This document shows, in pieces, positions 43,680 to 54,355 of a DNA stretch of 64,000 nt. The notes beneath the pieces are model-generated. The model ran no database searches, was not told the origin of the DNA, and saw only the letters and a list, made by a program, of their open reading frames with translations. The position numbers and the translations under genes are program-made. The stretch lies in NCBI RefSeq assembly GCF_050920415.1, contig NZ_CP169309.1. One strand, written 5' to 3'. The DNA is from Escherichia coli. GTDB taxonomy: Bacteria > Pseudomonadota > Gammaproteobacteria > Enterobacterales > Enterobacteriaceae. Each line of letters begins with the position of its first letter. Within the stretch, counting starts at the first letter, position 1.

Positions 43680-43800
43680 GCTTGCCTTTCGTTTCATTTC
43701 ACTTGGTGATTCGTTTCGTTGATTAAAATCTATAGAAAAGAAATCGAAAGTTCAATGGAGAAAAAAGAAATAAAACGAAATTTGTGATCGTTGAAAGAAA
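43680..43800 (-). promoter_or_regulatory. agaS promoter region with AgaR (DeoR-family) operator repeats
   Basis: CTTTCGTTTCATTTCACTTGG plus further TTCGTTTCGTT and AAACGAAAT repeats, matching the published AgaR operator pattern TTTCRTTTYRTTTY. Confidence 0.6.
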
Positions 43801-43982
43801 AGACAAGGGAAGATTAAAGGATTGCGTGATGACGTCGCTATGTGTACCGATTGCTGGAAGCGGCGTACCGTTAGAGCGGATAAGACGCGCCAGCGTCGCA
43901 TTCGACACCACTGCACAGATTAAAACGAAAGAAAAAGAAAGGCCTTACGGGGGAAGTGAAGGCCCAATAAAGGAGCAAATCA

Positions 43983-45116
43983 TCAAAACGAAGCTAATTG
44001 ACCCTGAATCCAGATTTGTTGCACATGCAGTCCGCTATCCAGCGCAACGACGCTGGCGCGTTTGCCCGGTTTAAGTGATCCCAAAACACCATCAACACCC
44101 AGCATTCGCGCCGGATGCAGCGACGCCATATGGATGGCTTCCGCTGGCGTTACGCCCGTCAGCTCGACCATATTGCGAACAGCCGCATCAACAGACAGCG
44201 TACTGCCCGCCAGTCCACCGGACGCGGTACGGACAACGCCGTCGTGCATCTGCACCTCTTCACCACATAACGTATAGCGACCATCCGGCATCCCGGCTGC
44301 CTGCATCGCGTCGGTGATGAGCACGATTCTCTCTTTCGCACAGCAACAACACAGCGACATCGCCGCCGGATGTACATGATGACCATCGGCTATCAGTTCC
44401 AGCCAGGCGCGCTTGTCCGTTAATCCTGCGCCAACCATTCCCGGTTCGCGGTGATGTAAACCTGTCATCCCGTTATAGCAATGCACCAGGCCGTCGGCAC
44501 CAGCGTCAAACGCGGCGCGGGTTTGTTGCCAGGTTGCTGCGCTATGTCCCAGCATTACCCGCACGTTCTGCTGTTTAAGATGACGAATGGCTTGTAACGC
44601 GCCCGTTTTTTCCGGTGCCAGCGCCACCACGCGCAAGGTATGCCGTGAAACAGCAATCAATTGATCCAGCTCGGCAATTTCCAGCTCGCGAAACAGCTCC
44701 GGCGGATGTGCGCCTTTATTCTGCGGCGTGAAGTACGGTCCTTCGAGATAACTCCCCAGCACTTGCGCACCAGGTCCACCGCGCTGGCAGCGTAGAGCAA
44801 TACGTTCCAGCGCCGCATGAATGGTATTAAGCGGCGCGGTTACGGTAGTCGGCAACCAACTGCCGACACCTTCCCGTGCCTTGTGCATTGCCAGCTTGTC
44901 GAGCACATCCGGCGCGTCATCCATAACATCAACGCCCGCACCACCGTGTACATGGGTATCGATATAAGCGGGGCAGAGCAGTTCCGCATCGCGTTCAGCC
45001 ACGCCCACTGGAATCGGTTCGATTGCTGCAATTACACCGTCAGCAATATGCAACTGATGATCATCAAGCCAGCCCTCCTCAGTCAGCAGCCTTCTGGCGC
45101 GCAGAACGTGTGTCAT
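43983..45116 (-). CDS. agaA: N-acetylgalactosamine-6-phosphate deacetylase AgaA (full length)
   Basis: 377 aa from MTHVLRARRLL; NagA-like amidohydrolase. Confidence 0.9.
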   Translation of the reverse strand: MTHVLRARRLLTEEGWLDDHQLHIADGVIAAIEPIPVGVAERDAELLCPAYIDTHVHGGAGVDVMDDAPDVLDKLAMHKAREGVGSWLPTTVTAPLNTIHAALERIALRCQRGGPGAQVLGSYLEGPYFTPQNKGAHPPELFRELEIAELDQLIAVSRHTLRVVALAPEKTGALQAIRHLKQQNVRVMLGHSAATWQQTRAAFDAGADGLVHCYNGMTGLHHREPGMVGAGLTDKRAWLELIADGHHVHPAAMSLCCCCAKERIVLITDAMQAAGMPDGRYTLCGEEVQMHDGVVRTASGGLAGSTLSVDAAVRNMVELTGVTPAEAIHMASLHPARMLGVDGVLGSLKPGKRASVVALDSGLHVQQIWIQGQLASF

Positions 45117-45547
45117 ATTCCTTCCTCGACCGGACATTCTTCATGGCAGCGGCCTAACTCGTCCACCAGACTGGTCAGCCCACGGTGTCCACTCTCCAGC
45201 GCCTGTACACGGAATTCTTCACCGCTTAACCCTTCGCGCTCCAGCACCATTTCCAGTAACAGTTGCAAATTGGTGCCGGTGATCACTTCATAGCCCGGTT
45301 TTTGCATCGCCAGCGTTGAAGCCACGCGAAACGGTGTGCCGCCCAGCAAATCTGTCAGAAAAACAATGCCGTCTTCACAATCCAGTTTGGCAATGGCTTC
45401 TTCAAGCTGCGATGTAAGCAGCGCAGTGCTTGAGGTTTCCGGAAAATCAATGGCGATAAACTGCGACTGCTCGCCGAGGATTTGCTTCATTGCTTTTTCC
45501 ATGCCGCTGGCAAATCCGCCATGCCCTGTCAAAATAATACTTAACAT
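45113..45547 (-). CDS. agaF: PTS mannose-family IIA component
   Basis: 144-aa ORF MLSIILTGHGGFASGMEKAMKQILGEQ... Confidence 0.88.
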   Translation of the reverse strand: MLSIILTGHGGFASGMEKAMKQILGEQSQFIAIDFPETSSTALLTSQLEEAIAKLDCEDGIVFLTDLLGGTPFRVASTLAMQKPGYEVITGTNLQLLLEMVLEREGLSGEEFRVQALESGHRGLTSLVDELGRCHEECPVEEGI

Positions 45548-45564
45548 CTAATACCTCATTGTAT

Positions 45565-46449
45565 TTAAAGGAAATGACAGAATTTACCGACGATGCCAAG
45601 AACCACGGTAACCGCAATCAGGCGCAGCGGACTCCAGCCGCGGCGTACCAGCCAGAACATGGTCAGGGTGTAGACCAGCGGTAAGAAGGCAGGCATCAGT
45701 TTGTCGATAACGTCAGCCTGCAGCTTAACCACTGCGTCGCCCGCCGTGATTTCCAGCGTGGTGCTTAAACGAACATAGGTTGCCACCAGCGCGCCGATCA
45801 CCGTCATCCCAACGATAGACGCTGCATGGCCGACTTTTTTGGTATTCGCTTTAATGAGTGGGATCGCCGCCACGCCCATGCGGTAAGCATAATGCGCCAG
45901 ACCAAAACGCAGCCCCAGGTGTACCACGTTGAACAGCACAATAAAGACGACTGCGCCAAGAATAGAGCCTTGCAATGCCAGACTGGCACCAATCCCGCCA
46001 CAAATCGGCAGTAACGTTAGCCAGAACATGGCATCGCCAATCCCGCCGAGCGGCGCACCGACGGCAATTTTGGTGCTCTGAATACTGTTAACGTCCTGCT
46101 TAGAACGCTCCATCGCGAGGATAATGCCAATAACAAACGTCACCAGAAATGGATGGGTATTGAAGAAACCCATATGTCCCTTCATGGCGCGCGCCAGGTC
46201 GCGTTTATTAGTGTGGATCTTTTTCAGAGCAGGCAGCAGACCGTACAACCAGCCGGAAGCCTGCATACGCTCGTAGTTAAAAGACGCTTGTAACAGCATG
46301 GAACGCCAGGCGACGCGGTTGATATCTTTTTTTGTTAGCTCCGCGCCAATGCTCTGATCTTCGTATACGTTTTCATTGACGCCTGTCAGTAGTGTCTCTT
46401 CATTTTCGCTGACGTTCGGCAGGGTGGTTTGATTAGATGCCATCTTCAA
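45565..46449 (-). CDS. agaE: PTS mannose-family IID component (N-acetylgalactosamine-specific)
   Basis: about 292-aa ORF, paralogous to agaD. Confidence 0.88.
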   Translation of the reverse strand: MKMASNQTTLPNVSENEETLLTGVNENVYEDQSIGAELTKKDINRVAWRSMLLQASFNYERMQASGWLYGLLPALKKIHTNKRDLARAMKGHMGFFNTHPFLVTFVIGIILAMERSKQDVNSIQSTKIAVGAPLGGIGDAMFWLTLLPICGGIGASLALQGSILGAVVFIVLFNVVHLGLRFGLAHYAYRMGVAAIPLIKANTKKVGHAASIVGMTVIGALVATYVRLSTTLEITAGDAVVKLQADVIDKLMPAFLPLVYTLTMFWLVRRGWSPLRLIAVTVVLGIVGKFCHFL

Positions 46450-47212
46450 ATTCCTCTTTCTGTGCCGCAGGTTGAGTCGGTTCAGGAGATTTACGCAGCA
46501 GGTCGATCAGCGCCATCGCCAGCGCGGCGGCAGCAATAGCCAGCACCGGTAACTTGAGCCAGGCGGCGGCAACGAAGCCCAGGATGAAGTAGGGGATATA
46601 GACGTTTTTCATCATGATTTTCAGCAGCACGGCAAAACCGATTGCTGGCATGATGCCGCCCGCGACGCCAAGGCCGTCGATTAACCGTTGCGGCAGGACA
46701 TCAATGATGGTTTTTGCATGCTCCGCGCCGAAGTAGATAGGCAGGAAAGCGCAGAGAAAATAGAACGTGCCGAGTGCCAGCAATGCCAGATAGTTCACGC
46801 GTTCAATGCCGCGAGTATCGGCGTTCTCCGCCATCCGGTCGCAGCGGGACATCACGCCAGACATCACCGAGAACAGGAAGGTAATCCCCATCTGTACTGC
46901 GACAGCGAAAGGTACGGCGACACCGACCGCGACATCCGGTTTCACACCAGTAGTAATGGCAAATGCCGTGCCGACGATAGTTCCGATAATCACGTTAGGC
47001 GGCTGTGCGCCCGCCAGTGGTGCCAGCCCCATCCACACCAGTTCCAGCGTACCGCCGGTTAAAATACCGGTATGCAGATCGCCAAGCACCAACCCAACTA
47101 ACGGGCCGAGGACCACCGGGCGGTGCATATGGGTCAAGCCGTTAAACATATCCAGGCCAGCGATAAAGGCGATAATGCCCAACGCAAATGCCTGCAACAG
47201 ACTGATTTCCAT
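46433..47212 (-). CDS. agaW: PTS mannose-family IIC component (N-acetylgalactosamine-specific), full length
   Basis: 259-aa membrane ORF, paralogous to agaC. Confidence 0.88.
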   Translation of the reverse strand: MEISLLQAFALGIIAFIAGLDMFNGLTHMHRPVVLGPLVGLVLGDLHTGILTGGTLELVWMGLAPLAGAQPPNVIIGTIVGTAFAITTGVKPDVAVGVAVPFAVAVQMGITFLFSVMSGVMSRCDRMAENADTRGIERVNYLALLALGTFYFLCAFLPIYFGAEHAKTIIDVLPQRLIDGLGVAGGIMPAIGFAVLLKIMMKNVYIPYFILGFVAAAWLKLPVLAIAAAALAMALIDLLRKSPEPTQPAAQKEEFEDGI

Positions 47213-47222
47213 AATGAATCCC

Positions 47223-47696
47223 TCAAAGTAATTTAAAGAGGTCCACAGCAGGTTCTGTCGGAACGCCCTGAACGAAGCATTCCACCCCAGCGGCTTTCAG
47301 GCCGTTAAATGCCGCGATATCGCTCGCATCCACAGAAACCGTTTTGGCAATTTGCTGCTTGCCATTGGCATAGTGCATGTTGCCAACGTTAATGCGACTC
47401 ACCGGGACCCCACCTTTAACCAGCGTCAGGAAATCGGCAGGTGTTTTACAAACCAGCAGAATTTTCTGCCGATCGGCGGCGCGGTGGATGTTGTCGATCA
47501 CTTTTTGCAGCGTCCAGAAACGTACGGCGATCCCTTCTGCCAGTACCATTTCCATCAGGTTTTGTTGTACCGGATCTTCGGCAACCTCGTCATTGGCTAC
47601 CAGCACCAGATTTGCCCCCGCGAATCCGACCCACTGAACGCCGACCTGACCGTGAATCAAGCGTTCATCAATCCGGCTTAAAACAATATTTGGCAT
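47223..47696 (-). CDS. agaV: PTS mannose-family IIB component
   Basis: 157 aa from MPNIVLSRIDERLIHGQV. Confidence 0.88.
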   Translation of the reverse strand: MPNIVLSRIDERLIHGQVGVQWVGFAGANLVLVANDEVAEDPVQQNLMEMVLAEGIAVRFWTLQKVIDNIHRAADRQKILLVCKTPADFLTLVKGGVPVSRINVGNMHYANGKQQIAKTVSVDASDIAAFNGLKAAGVECFVQGVPTEPAVDLFKLL

Positions 47697-47718
47697 AGCG
47701 TGTTCCTCTTTGTTTTGC

Positions 47719-48999
47719 TTATTGGCCTTCACAGGCTGTGTGGTACTGCGCCAGGATGTCCTGAATATGGTTGATAATGAGTTCCCGTGGCGTTGGCTGC
47801 AGCTCGCCGGAGCGAACTTTCACGTATTGCAGCGGCAGGTACTGACTGATGAGCGGCAGCGGAATCGGTGAATCCGCCAGATTACGAACCAGATGAGCGA
47901 AAGCGTCATCAATCTGGCTGTCCGGCCAGTAATAGCGCACGCGATCCGAGTAGCTATAACCACGCGCCAGGCGACGTGCGTTGCCGTCACCGTGGTAGTG
48001 GCTTTGCCAGTATTCCGGGCGGTCGAGCATCACGTTTTCCAGTACCTGACGCAGACCGGAACAGGCTTTCGCTGGCACCAGTTCTTCTTCAATCGCTGCC
48101 AGTGAAAACAGTGCTTCACGCAGGGCGAAGGTCAGCGCTGGGCCAACTTTCAGAATGGAAAAGTGGTCAATCACCAGCTGGCGCAGCGATTGCGGCGTTT
48201 GATAATCGGTAGAGTGCGCTTCGAAAATCAGCGTTTCGTAGTTTTCGACCATCTGGCTTAAGGCGGTCGCTTTAGCTGGCTGATAATCAATAACGTTGGT
48301 GTGATCGAATTCGACGCCGGGTTGTACCACCAGAGCAATGATGCGTGGCCAGATGGCATTCAGACCTTGCTTTTCAAAGGCGTGACGATGGGCTTCCAGC
48401 GTGGCGCGGGCGGCATCCGGCGTGGTGACCGCCAGCTCGCTTAAGGTTTCATGCGCGCCGCCAGGTACCGGCACTTCGGTACCAATGACATAGACCAGAT
48501 CGGCTTCGCCAAAGTGTTCACGGCAGGTTTCTTCCGCGACTTTAGCCAGTCGGGCGGCGCGTTCAGCCACGATGTCATCGGTTAAGGGAACCGGATCGTC
48601 CTGACAGGACATGCTGCAATCAAGGTGAATTTTTTTGAATCCTGCCGCCACGTAGCTTTTAATCAAATCATCGGCATTGGCCATCGCCTGAGCTGCAGGC
48701 AGGTTTTGCCAGCGGTTTGGCCCCAGATGATCACCACCCAGAATCAACGCGTCTTGTGGGAAATTCAATGAGTCGGCGAGCTGACAAACAAAGCCGCGAA
48801 AATCGGCGGGTGTCATTCCGGTATAACCGCCGAACTGGTCCACCTGATTGGATGTCGCTTCAATCAGTAACGGTGTTTGGTTTGCACTGGCGTAGCGGAT
48901 TGCAGCTTCCAGCACCAGCGGGTGTGCGGAACAAACGGCATAAATCCCATTTGTTTTGCCCTCTTTGTGCTGCCTCACCATTTCTGTCAGATGTTTCAC
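47719..48999 (-). CDS. kbaZ: tagatose-bisphosphate aldolase non-catalytic subunit KbaZ (AgaZ)
   Basis: 426 aa from a GTG start ([28 protein letters not shown]...). Confidence 0.9.
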   Translation of the reverse strand: MKHLTEMVRQHKEGKTNGIYAVCSAHPLVLEAAIRYASANQTPLLIEATSNQVDQFGGYTGMTPADFRGFVCQLADSLNFPQDALILGGDHLGPNRWQNLPAAQAMANADDLIKSYVAAGFKKIHLDCSMSCQDDPVPLTDDIVAERAARLAKVAEETCREHFGEADLVYVIGTEVPVPGGAHETLSELAVTTPDAARATLEAHRHAFEKQGLNAIWPRIIALVVQPGVEFDHTNVIDYQPAKATALSQMVENYETLIFEAHSTDYQTPQSLRQLVIDHFSILKVGPALTFALREALFSLAAIEEELVPAKACSGLRQVLENVMLDRPEYWQSHYHGDGNARRLARGYSYSDRVRYYWPDSQIDDAFAHLVRNLADSPIPLPLISQYLPLQYVKVRSGELQPTPRELIINHIQDILAQYHTACEGQ

Positions 49000-49029
49000 T
49001 TTCCTCTCCAGTTCAGATTGCTGCGATAT

Positions 49030-49247
49030 TAATCTTTCGTTTTGTTTCAGTTGATACTGCGTCATGGTGAGATAAAAATAAAACGAAAGATAATAGTTTT
49101 CTGATCTGATTCACAAAAGAAACATAATGAAAGTCACTGAAACGAGAGTAGCTTGCGTCAATGGGCAAGGTGGGCTTGCATTTGCTCAATAGAAAGGCGT
49201 TAATAGACAAAACGAAATGAAACGAAAGTTTTACGAAAGGACTTACT
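49030..49247. promoter_or_regulatory. divergent kbaZ / agaR control region with AgaR operator repeats
   Basis: CTTTCGTTTTGTTTCAG (49034-49050), AAAACGAAAG (49077-49089), AAAACGAAATGAAACGAAAGTTTTACGAAAGG (49208-49240). Confidence 0.65.
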
Positions 49248-50057
49248 ATGAGTAATACCGACGCTTCAGGCGAGAAGCGAGTGACAGGCACCAGCGAGCG
49301 ACGAGAACAAATCATTCAGCGCCTGCGACAGCAAGGGAGTGTGCAGGTTAACGATCTGTCGGCATTGTATGGCGTATCTACTGTGACGATCCGCAACGAT
49401 CTGGCGTTTCTGGAAAAGCAGGGGATCGCTGTGCGGGCCTATGGCGGCGCGTTGATCTGCGATAGCACGACGCCGTCAGTCGAGCCATCAGTGGAAGATA
49501 AAAGCGCGCTGAACACTGCGATGAAACGCAGCGTTGCGAAAGCTGCCGTTGAGTTGATTCAGCCAGGTCATCGGGTGATCCTCGATTCCGGGACCACCAC
49601 TTTTGAGATTGCTCGTCTGATGCGCAAGCACACTGACGTAATTGCGATGACCAATGGTATGAACGTAGCCAATGCACTGCTGGAAGCAGAAGGCGTTGAA
49701 CTTCTTATGACCGGCGGGCATCTGCGGCGTCAGTCGCAATCTTTTTACGGCGATCAGGCTGAACAATCGCTACAAAATTACCACTTTGATATGCTTTTTC
49801 TCGGCGTAGATGCGATCGATCTGGAGCGCGGCGTCAGCACGCATAATGAAGATGAAGCCCGTTTAAACCGTCGGATGTGCGAAGTTGCGGAACGGATCAT
49901 TGTGGTCACCGATTCCAGTAAGTTCAACCGTTCCAGTTTACATAAGATCATTGATACTCAACGTATCGACATGATCATTGTTGATGAAGGCATTCCTGCG
50001 GATAGTCTGGAAGGACTGCGAAAGGCTGGGGTTGAAGTGATTCTGGTCGGGGAGTGA
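49248..50057 (+). CDS. agaR: DeoR-family transcriptional repressor AgaR
   Basis: 269-aa ORF with N-terminal HTH and DeoR C-terminal domain. Confidence 0.92.
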
Positions 50058-50111
50058 GAAAGGGGGCCCGCTGGTCAACACCAATGTGTTCGGCGGGCAT
50101 TGTGAACACCA

Positions 50112-50576
50112 TCAATGGTTTTCTTCTGTCTCTTGGGTGAGGCTTTCCCAGCCGGCAGGAGGATGTCCTCTTTTTAACATTTTACTGAATACGGTATAGG
50201 CATCTGTTTTTTTACCGTAGGTGCGCAGCGTGTTTTCATCGTTCATCCATCCCAGAATGATGACTTTCTCTTTTTCACTGTAACGAAAGAAGAGACGATA
50301 GCGACCAGCACCAAATTTTACCCGTGACCAGTCTTTATTTTTCCCAGAGCCTAACGACTTGCCATGACGGAATGCCGGTGATGATGGATTGACCGTGATA
50401 TGCTCCTCAATCACTTTATGGACCACCGCCAATAACTTTGTGGCAGCTTTTCTCTGATAATTTTCAGGATCTTTTCCCTTTAATGCCTCGACTTCGGCAA
50501 CTAAAGCATCGTAGGTTTCCTGAAAACAGGGATGAGCATATAGCGCCCAACCATTAACCCTTTGTGGAAAATCCAT
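50112..50576 (-). CDS. yhaV: type II toxin YhaV (ribosome-dependent mRNA interferase)
   Basis: 154-aa ORF MDFPQRVNGWALYAHPCFQETYDALVAEVEALKGKDPEN... Confidence 0.9.
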   Translation of the reverse strand: MDFPQRVNGWALYAHPCFQETYDALVAEVEALKGKDPENYQRKAATKLLAVVHKVIEEHITVNPSSPAFRHGKSLGSGKNKDWSRVKFGAGRYRLFFRYSEKEKVIILGWMNDENTLRTYGKKTDAYTVFSKMLKRGHPPAGWESLTQETEENH

Positions 50577-50911
50577 TATTCGTCGTCGCCAATCTCATCG
50601 TCAATGTTGACGTCCATGCCAGCGACAAGTTTCTTTCCTTGTTGAATGTCGAATGGACGAGTTTTTTGCGGGTTATTCTGGATATCTGCATCCAGAAAAC
50701 GCAAAAATGCATTCATAGTATGATCCTCCTGTTCATCTCCCAGTCGGCACATAAATACTTGCCCACCAGGCAGAATTTCGTAATGAATGCTGTCCAGGCC
50801 TGGCTTCAGTTTTAAGGCCTCACGCACTGGCGCGGGGATAGTTGTTTGTCCGCGTATCGTGACCTTTGATTCAGTGGTCAGTACAGCGTTAGAGCGAGCA
50901 TTAGCGGGCAT
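50576..50911 (-). CDS. prlF: antitoxin PrlF (SohA), AbrB/SpoVT-type
   Basis: 111-aa ORF with acidic C-terminus; stop overlaps yhaV start by 1 nt. Confidence 0.9.
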   Translation of the reverse strand: MPANARSNAVLTTESKVTIRGQTTIPAPVREALKLKPGLDSIHYEILPGGQVFMCRLGDEQEDHTMNAFLRFLDADIQNNPQKTRPFDIQQGKKLVAGMDVNIDDEIGDDE

Positions 50912-51059
50912 TATTTACTGTCCTTTTACAGCCTGTTTTCTGCTCAAATTATAAGCTTGAACTAAGGTAATGCAAATGCATTATTAATGGATGTGTGGAC
51001 TTTAAACAATAAAAACATGGCACTAAGGCCATGTTTTGCGAGGGACGTTCCAAAAGAAA

Positions 51060-52631
51060 TCAAGTCACCGGTGCCGGGTTAAACACCGCCAGCTGGTTAT
51101 GCAGTCCCCATTGATCTGAGAAGGTTTTCTTCTTCCCGCTGGCGACGTCGAGAATAAAATGGAACAATTTCCAGCCCACCTCTTCAATAGTTTCTTCGCC
51201 GGTAGCGATGGTGCCCGCATTAATATCCATTAAATCAAACCAGCGGTTCGCCAGCTCGGTGCGGGTCGCCATTTTAATGACGGGTACCGCCATCAGGCCG
51301 TACGGCGTACCACGGCCGGTCGTAAACACTTGCACGGTAATCCCCGAAGCCACCTGTTGCGTGCCACAGACAAAATCGCTGGCTGGCGTCGCAGCGTAAA
51401 TTAATCCGCGTTTAGTCGGGCGTTGACCGGGCGACAGCACTTCAACAATTGCACTTTTACCCGATTTAGCAATGGAGCCGAGCGCTTTCTCCACCACATT
51501 TGCCAGACCGCCTTTCTTGTTGCCCGGCGAAGGGTTGGCGCTGCGGTCGGTTTTTCCCATATTGAGATAGTTATCGTACCACTCCATCTCCTCCAGCAGC
51601 CGTTTGCCGACCTCTTCGTTCACTGCGCGCGGCGTCAGCAGATGGATCGCGTCACGCACTTCTGTGACTTCCGAGAACATCACCGTTGCACCGCAGCGCA
51701 CCAGTAGATCAGATGCATAACCCACGGCTGGATTTGCCGTTACGCCAGAAAACGCATCGCTGCCACCGCACTGCATGCCGACAACCAGTTCTGAAGCCGG
51801 ACAGGTTTCTCGCTGACGTTGATTCAGTTTTTGTAGATGGCGTTCGGCGACCTGCAAAATATCCTCGACCATGGACTGAAAACCGACATGCTTTTCATCC
51901 TGCAAACTGACAATGCTGGCGCTTTCTACTGGAATAGCTTGCACATCATCCGTTCCAGTCAGCAGGCGTTCAGGCTGCAACTTTTCACAACCCAGACCAA
52001 TCACCATTACTTCGCCGCCAAAGTTAGGGTTCAGCGAAATATTGTGAATGGTACGAATAGGCACAACTGCCGCCGGTGCGTTAATCGCCACGCCACAACC
52101 GTACAAATGATTCAGCCCCACCACGCCATCGACGTTCGGGTATTTCGGTAGCAGATCGCGTTCAATGATTTTTACTACATAGTCCACCACGCCTGCCACA
52201 CAGTGGACGCTGGTGGTGATGCCGAGCAGGTTTTTGGTGCCCACGCTGCCATCGGCATTGCGATAGCCCTCAAAGGTGTATCCTTCCAGTGGCGGTAAGG
52301 GGGCCGGGACTTTAGTTGCCAGTGGCAGCGTGTGTAACGGTGGCGCTTCCGGTAGTACAACCATTGATTCGTCGATCCAGCTTCCGCGTGGGATTGCGCG
52401 CACGGCGTAACCAATCACTTCACCATAACGAATAATTTCACCATTAGCCGGAATGTCCAGCAATGCGACTTTATGCCCCTGGGGAATATGTTCAATTAAT
52501 TCCAGCCCATCCGGAAAACGCGTTCCTGCTTTCAGGCCATTATCATTAACAATAATTGCCACATTATCTGTGTCGTGAACTTTTATATAAAACGCAGTTG
52601 GCGTTTCTTGTCTGATTTCGATGTTGGCCAT
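51060..52631 (-). CDS. garD: galactarate dehydratase
   Basis: 523-aa [40 protein letters not shown]... Confidence 0.93.
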   Translation of the reverse strand: MANIEIRQETPTAFYIKVHDTDNVAIIVNDNGLKAGTRFPDGLELIEHIPQGHKVALLDIPANGEIIRYGEVIGYAVRAIPRGSWIDESMVVLPEAPPLHTLPLATKVPAPLPPLEGYTFEGYRNADGSVGTKNLLGITTSVHCVAGVVDYVVKIIERDLLPKYPNVDGVVGLNHLYGCGVAINAPAAVVPIRTIHNISLNPNFGGEVMVIGLGCEKLQPERLLTGTDDVQAIPVESASIVSLQDEKHVGFQSMVEDILQVAERHLQKLNQRQRETCPASELVVGMQCGGSDAFSGVTANPAVGYASDLLVRCGATVMFSEVTEVRDAIHLLTPRAVNEEVGKRLLEEMEWYDNYLNMGKTDRSANPSPGNKKGGLANVVEKALGSIAKSGKSAIVEVLSPGQRPTKRGLIYAATPASDFVCGTQQVASGITVQVFTTGRGTPYGLMAVPVIKMATRTELANRWFDLMDINAGTIATGEETIEEVGWKLFHFILDVASGKKKTFSDQWGLHNQLAVFNPAPVT

Positions 52632-53005
52632 TGTGCAATATTCTCCAGCCAGGGGTTATTAAAATGAGGACCTGGTCTCATTTAAAAATAAATGACTTCA
52701 TTGGGTGAAATAAGAATGTCAGGAGTTTAAACGCAGAAATGTGATCAATGTCAATCATTTCAGGGATTGCAGTGCCGCCCGGCAGGGTAAAGAGCAAATC
52801 TGTGCTTTAGCGCGCAACCTTATGTGCATATGCTCAAAATAATATTTAAATAGTAATAATTAAATTAGCATTTGCACAATGATTATTATTCTCTCGCTGC
52901 TTATACTAATTCCTGAGTTCATTGTCGTAACGGCATAAATAAAACTCATAAATAACACCTTCCCCATAATAATAAAAATCAGCATAAGTACCCGAGGTAA
53001 ATAAA

Positions 53006-54340
53006 ATGATTCTGGACACCGTTGACGTAAAAAAGAAAGGCGTGCATACCCGCTATTTAATATTACTGATTATTTTTATTGTTACCGCCGTTAACTACGC
53101 CGATCGTGCAACGCTGTCTATTGCTGGTACCGAAGTGGCAAAAGAGTTGCAGTTAAGTGCGGTTTCGATGGGTTACATCTTTTCTGCTTTTGGCTGGGCC
53201 TACTTGCTGATGCAAATCCCCGGCGGCTGGCTGCTTGATAAGTTTGGCTCGAAAAAAGTTTACACCTACAGCCTCTTTTTCTGGTCGCTATTCACCTTCC
53301 TGCAAGGCTTTGTTGATATGTTCCCGCTGGCCTGGGCAGGGATCTCCATGTTCTTTATGCGCTTTATGCTCGGCTTCTCGGAAGCGCCATCATTCCCGGC
53401 GAACGCCCGTATTGTCGCCGCCTGGTTCCCGACGAAAGAACGTGGTACTGCCTCCGCCATCTTTAACTCGGCGCAATATTTCTCGCTGGCGCTCTTTTCG
53501 CCTCTGCTTGGCTGGCTGACTTTCGCCTGGGGATGGGAGCACGTCTTTACCGTTATGGGGGTGATTGGTTTTGTGCTGACGGCGCTGTGGATCAAGTTGA
53601 TTCATAACCCGACAGATCACCCACGTATGTCTGCGGAAGAGCTGAAGTTTATATCTGAAAATGGCGCGGTGGTCGATATGGACCACAAAAAGCCGGGCAG
53701 CGCGGCAGCAAGCGGTCCCAAACTGCATTACATCAAGCAATTGCTCTCTAACCGCATGATGTTGGGCGTATTTTTCGGACAATATTTTATCAACACCATC
53801 ACCTGGTTCTTCCTCACCTGGTTCCCGATTTATCTGGTGCAGGAAAAAGGCATGTCGATTCTGAAAGTGGGTCTGGTCGCCTCGATTCCGGCACTGTGTG
53901 GTTTTGCGGGCGGCGTGCTGGGAGGTATCTTCTCGGATTATCTGATCAAACGCGGTTTGTCCCTGACCCTGGCACGTAAGCTACCGATTGTGCTGGGAAT
54001 GTTGCTGGCTTCCACCATCATCTTATGTAACTACACCAATAACACCACGCTGGTGGTCATGCTGATGGCGCTGGCCTTCTTTGGCAAAGGATTTGGCGCG
54101 CTGGGCTGGCCGGTGATTTCTGACACCGCGCCGAAAGAGATAGTTGGCCTCTGCGGCGGCGTCTTTAACGTCTTTGGAAATGTTGCCTCCATTGTCACTC
54201 CACTGGTGATTGGCTACCTGGTAAGTGAACTGAACTCCTTCAATGCAGCACTGGTTTTCGTGGGATGTTCAGCGCTGATGGCGATGGTCTGCTACCTCTT
54301 CGTAGTTGGCGACATTAAACGTATGGAATTGCAGAAATAA
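53006..54340 (+). CDS. garP: galactarate/glucarate MFS transporter
   Basis: 444-aa MFS ORF. Confidence 0.9.
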   Translation: MILDTVDVKKKGVHTRYLILLIIFIVTAVNYADRATLSIAGTEVAKELQLSAVSMGYIFSAFGWAYLLMQIPGGWLLDKFGSKKVYTYSLFFWSLFTFLQGFVDMFPLAWAGISMFFMRFMLGFSEAPSFPANARIVAAWFPTKERGTASAIFNSAQYFSLALFSPLLGWLTFAWGWEHVFTVMGVIGFVLTALWIKLIHNPTDHPRMSAEELKFISENGAVVDMDHKKPGSAAASGPKLHYIKQLLSNRMMLGVFFGQYFINTITWFFLTWFPIYLVQEKGMSILKVGLVASIPALCGFAGGVLGGIFSDYLIKRGLSLTLARKLPIVLGMLLASTIILCNYTNNTTLVVMLMALAFFGKGFGALGWPVISDTAPKEIVGLCGGVFNVFGNVASIVTPLVIGYLVSELNSFNAALVFVGCSALMAMVCYLFVVGDIKRMELQK

Positions 54341-54355
54341 GCAAAGGTATAAGCG

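Noticed and set aside
43784-44074. 96-aa ORF in the agaA-agaS spacer
   Set aside because: Overlaps operator and REP-like sequence and the 3' end of agaA; no ribosome-binding site.
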